This document shows positions 62,199 to 64,000 of a DNA stretch of 64,000 bases, one piece after another (position 1 is the stretch's first letter; each line of letters opens with the position of its first letter). The DNA lies in contig CP136572.1 of the NCBI GenBank assembly GCA_035193785.1, positions 2,548,578 through 2,612,577 on the forward strand. Direction: 5' to 3'. This DNA comes from Planktothrix sp. GU0601_MAG3. GTDB taxonomy: Bacteria > Cyanobacteriota > Cyanobacteriia > Cyanobacteriales > Microcoleaceae. The translations under genes and the position numbers were made by a program. A model generated the notes under the pieces. That model saw only the letters and a program-made list of their open reading frames with translations. It was not told the origin of the DNA and did not search any database.

Positions 62199-62220
62199 GG
62201 GGTAATTCATAAATTACCCC
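62199..62220. terminator. Hairpin GGGGTAATT-CATA-AATTACCCC downstream of psb28
   Basis: 9-bp stem between convergent ORFs. Confidence 0.55.
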
Positions 62221-62288
62221 CACATATAGGATCTATTTAAAATTGAAAATTATGACGGCTTAGAAGGCGCCATAGCGAGCCCTAAATC

Positions 62289-62396
62289 CTATTTTTCTAA
62301 TTGTTTCAAGGCTTGAAACGTGACAAAGAAAAAGCCCAATGAACCGAGGGCCGTAATCACTTGGGCAATTAAATTACCGATCGCTATTTCATCCAT
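62289..62396 (-). CDS. Small single-TM protein, 35 aa (not in the ORF track)
   Basis: MDEIAIGNLIAQVITALGSLGFFFVTFQALKQLEK*; GGAG about 8 nt upstream of the ATG. Confidence 0.55.
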   Translation of the reverse strand: MDEIAIGNLIAQVITALGSLGFFFVTFQALKQLEK

Positions 62397-62617
62397 TGTT
62401 TTTTCTCCAATCAAACTCAATTTAGGATTGACTCCATCCTAGTGTAACCGATCCACCCAACCTATATTCCCAGAATCTGGGATAACCTGCTTCTACGGAT
62501 GACTGAAACCGATTTGATCTAATCTTCAATCAGCTTGTTGAGAAATAATACAAACCTCGCTGCTAGTGACCCTAAAGATGTTAAAACTTAGGAAAAAGCT
62601 CAGGGAGAACGCTAAAA

Positions 62618-63064
62618 ATGCAATTTCAAACCGCAATACAAGAAGCCTGTTATAACAAAGTTGCCACCTGGATGCGAGAGTTATACGGCAAATTTCCTTG
62701 TGCGAGAGAAGACGTGCCCGGGTTAGCAATGGTTATGGGTTCAGCTTTAGTTGAGGTCTTTGTGTTTCCTTGGGAAAAAGATGATGCCATCATTAATGCT
62801 CGCTCTTATGTTGTCACAGATATAGAACTTTCTCCCGATTTATTACATTTTCTCCTCCGAGAAAATCATATTATGAGATTTGGAGCCTTTGGCATTGATG
62901 AACAAGGAGATATTATTTTTGAACATACGATTGTTGGTTCCACCTGCGACAAATTAGAACTAGAAGCCTCCGTGAATGCCGTCTTAGAAATTGCCGATGA
63001 TTATGATGACAAAATTGTCGAACGTTGGGGAGGAAGACGGGCTTTAGATCGGATCTCAAGTTGA
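62618..63064 (+). CDS. YbjN-like / T3SS-chaperone-fold protein
   Basis: LLHFLLREN..MRFGAFGID.QGDIIFEH...ADDYDDKI. Confidence 0.7.
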   Translation: MQFQTAIQEACYNKVATWMRELYGKFPCAREDVPGLAMVMGSALVEVFVFPWEKDDAIINARSYVVTDIELSPDLLHFLLRENHIMRFGAFGIDEQGDIIFEHTIVGSTCDKLELEASVNAVLEIADDYDDKIVERWGGRRALDRISS

Positions 63065-63068
63065 AAAT

Positions 63069-63120
63069 AATTACGAATTACGAATTGGGAATTGGGAATT
63101 GGGAATTGGGAATTGGGAAT
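63069..63120. repeat. Heptamer tandem repeats AATTACG x2 and AATTGGG x5 (STRR-like)
   Basis: Directly visible after the stop codon. Confidence 0.9.
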
Positions 63121-63284
63121 AGACTTTACCGCAAGTGCTTTGCTGCATGAGTATTTGTCAAATACCTAATTTAGACCCACTCCGAAGATTGCAACGGTTT
63201 TATGGGTGGTTTTAATTATTTTTTTTAGTTATAATTAATTAAAATAAATCCGCCCGTAACCCTATTTTTTAATCAGGTTTTAAA

Positions 63285-64000
<716 letters not shown>

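Overview
Chromosomal window from a filamentous cyanobacterium, most likely Planktothrix (inferred from the aer cluster, phycobilisome apcE, psb28, HIP1 octamers and heptamer tandem repeats). Left to right: an aeruginosin NRPS cluster on the minus strand (aerA-aerB-aerD-aerE-aerF-aerG, running off the left edge), stand-alone apcE, a fused type IIG restriction-modification gene, a run of conserved cyanobacterial genes (class V aminotransferase, DUF3352, PilB-like ATPase, two ABC1 kinases, DegT, ktrAB, tocopherol methyltransferase, tRNA-Arg, hpsL/N/O, glmM), a surface-glycosylation cassette partly bracketed by inverted MITE-like copies, moaA, rpsD, a haemagglutinin-CHAT protein, coaE, psb28 and a partial AAA ATPase. 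Two signals stand out. (1) All 29 frameshifts I could locate are extra A/T bases in a GAAC/GTTC motif, including in essential genes. They look like systematic basecalling errors at a modified motif, and GAAC/GTTC is the Dnd phosphorothioate consensus. (2) The region upstream of apcE holds an orphan IS200/IS605 3' end (last 40 TnpB codons, hairpins and a right end finishing in TCAA), which looks like an omega/reRNA guide scaffold with no TnpB gene. CDS coordinates below are for the repaired genes; no database searches were run.
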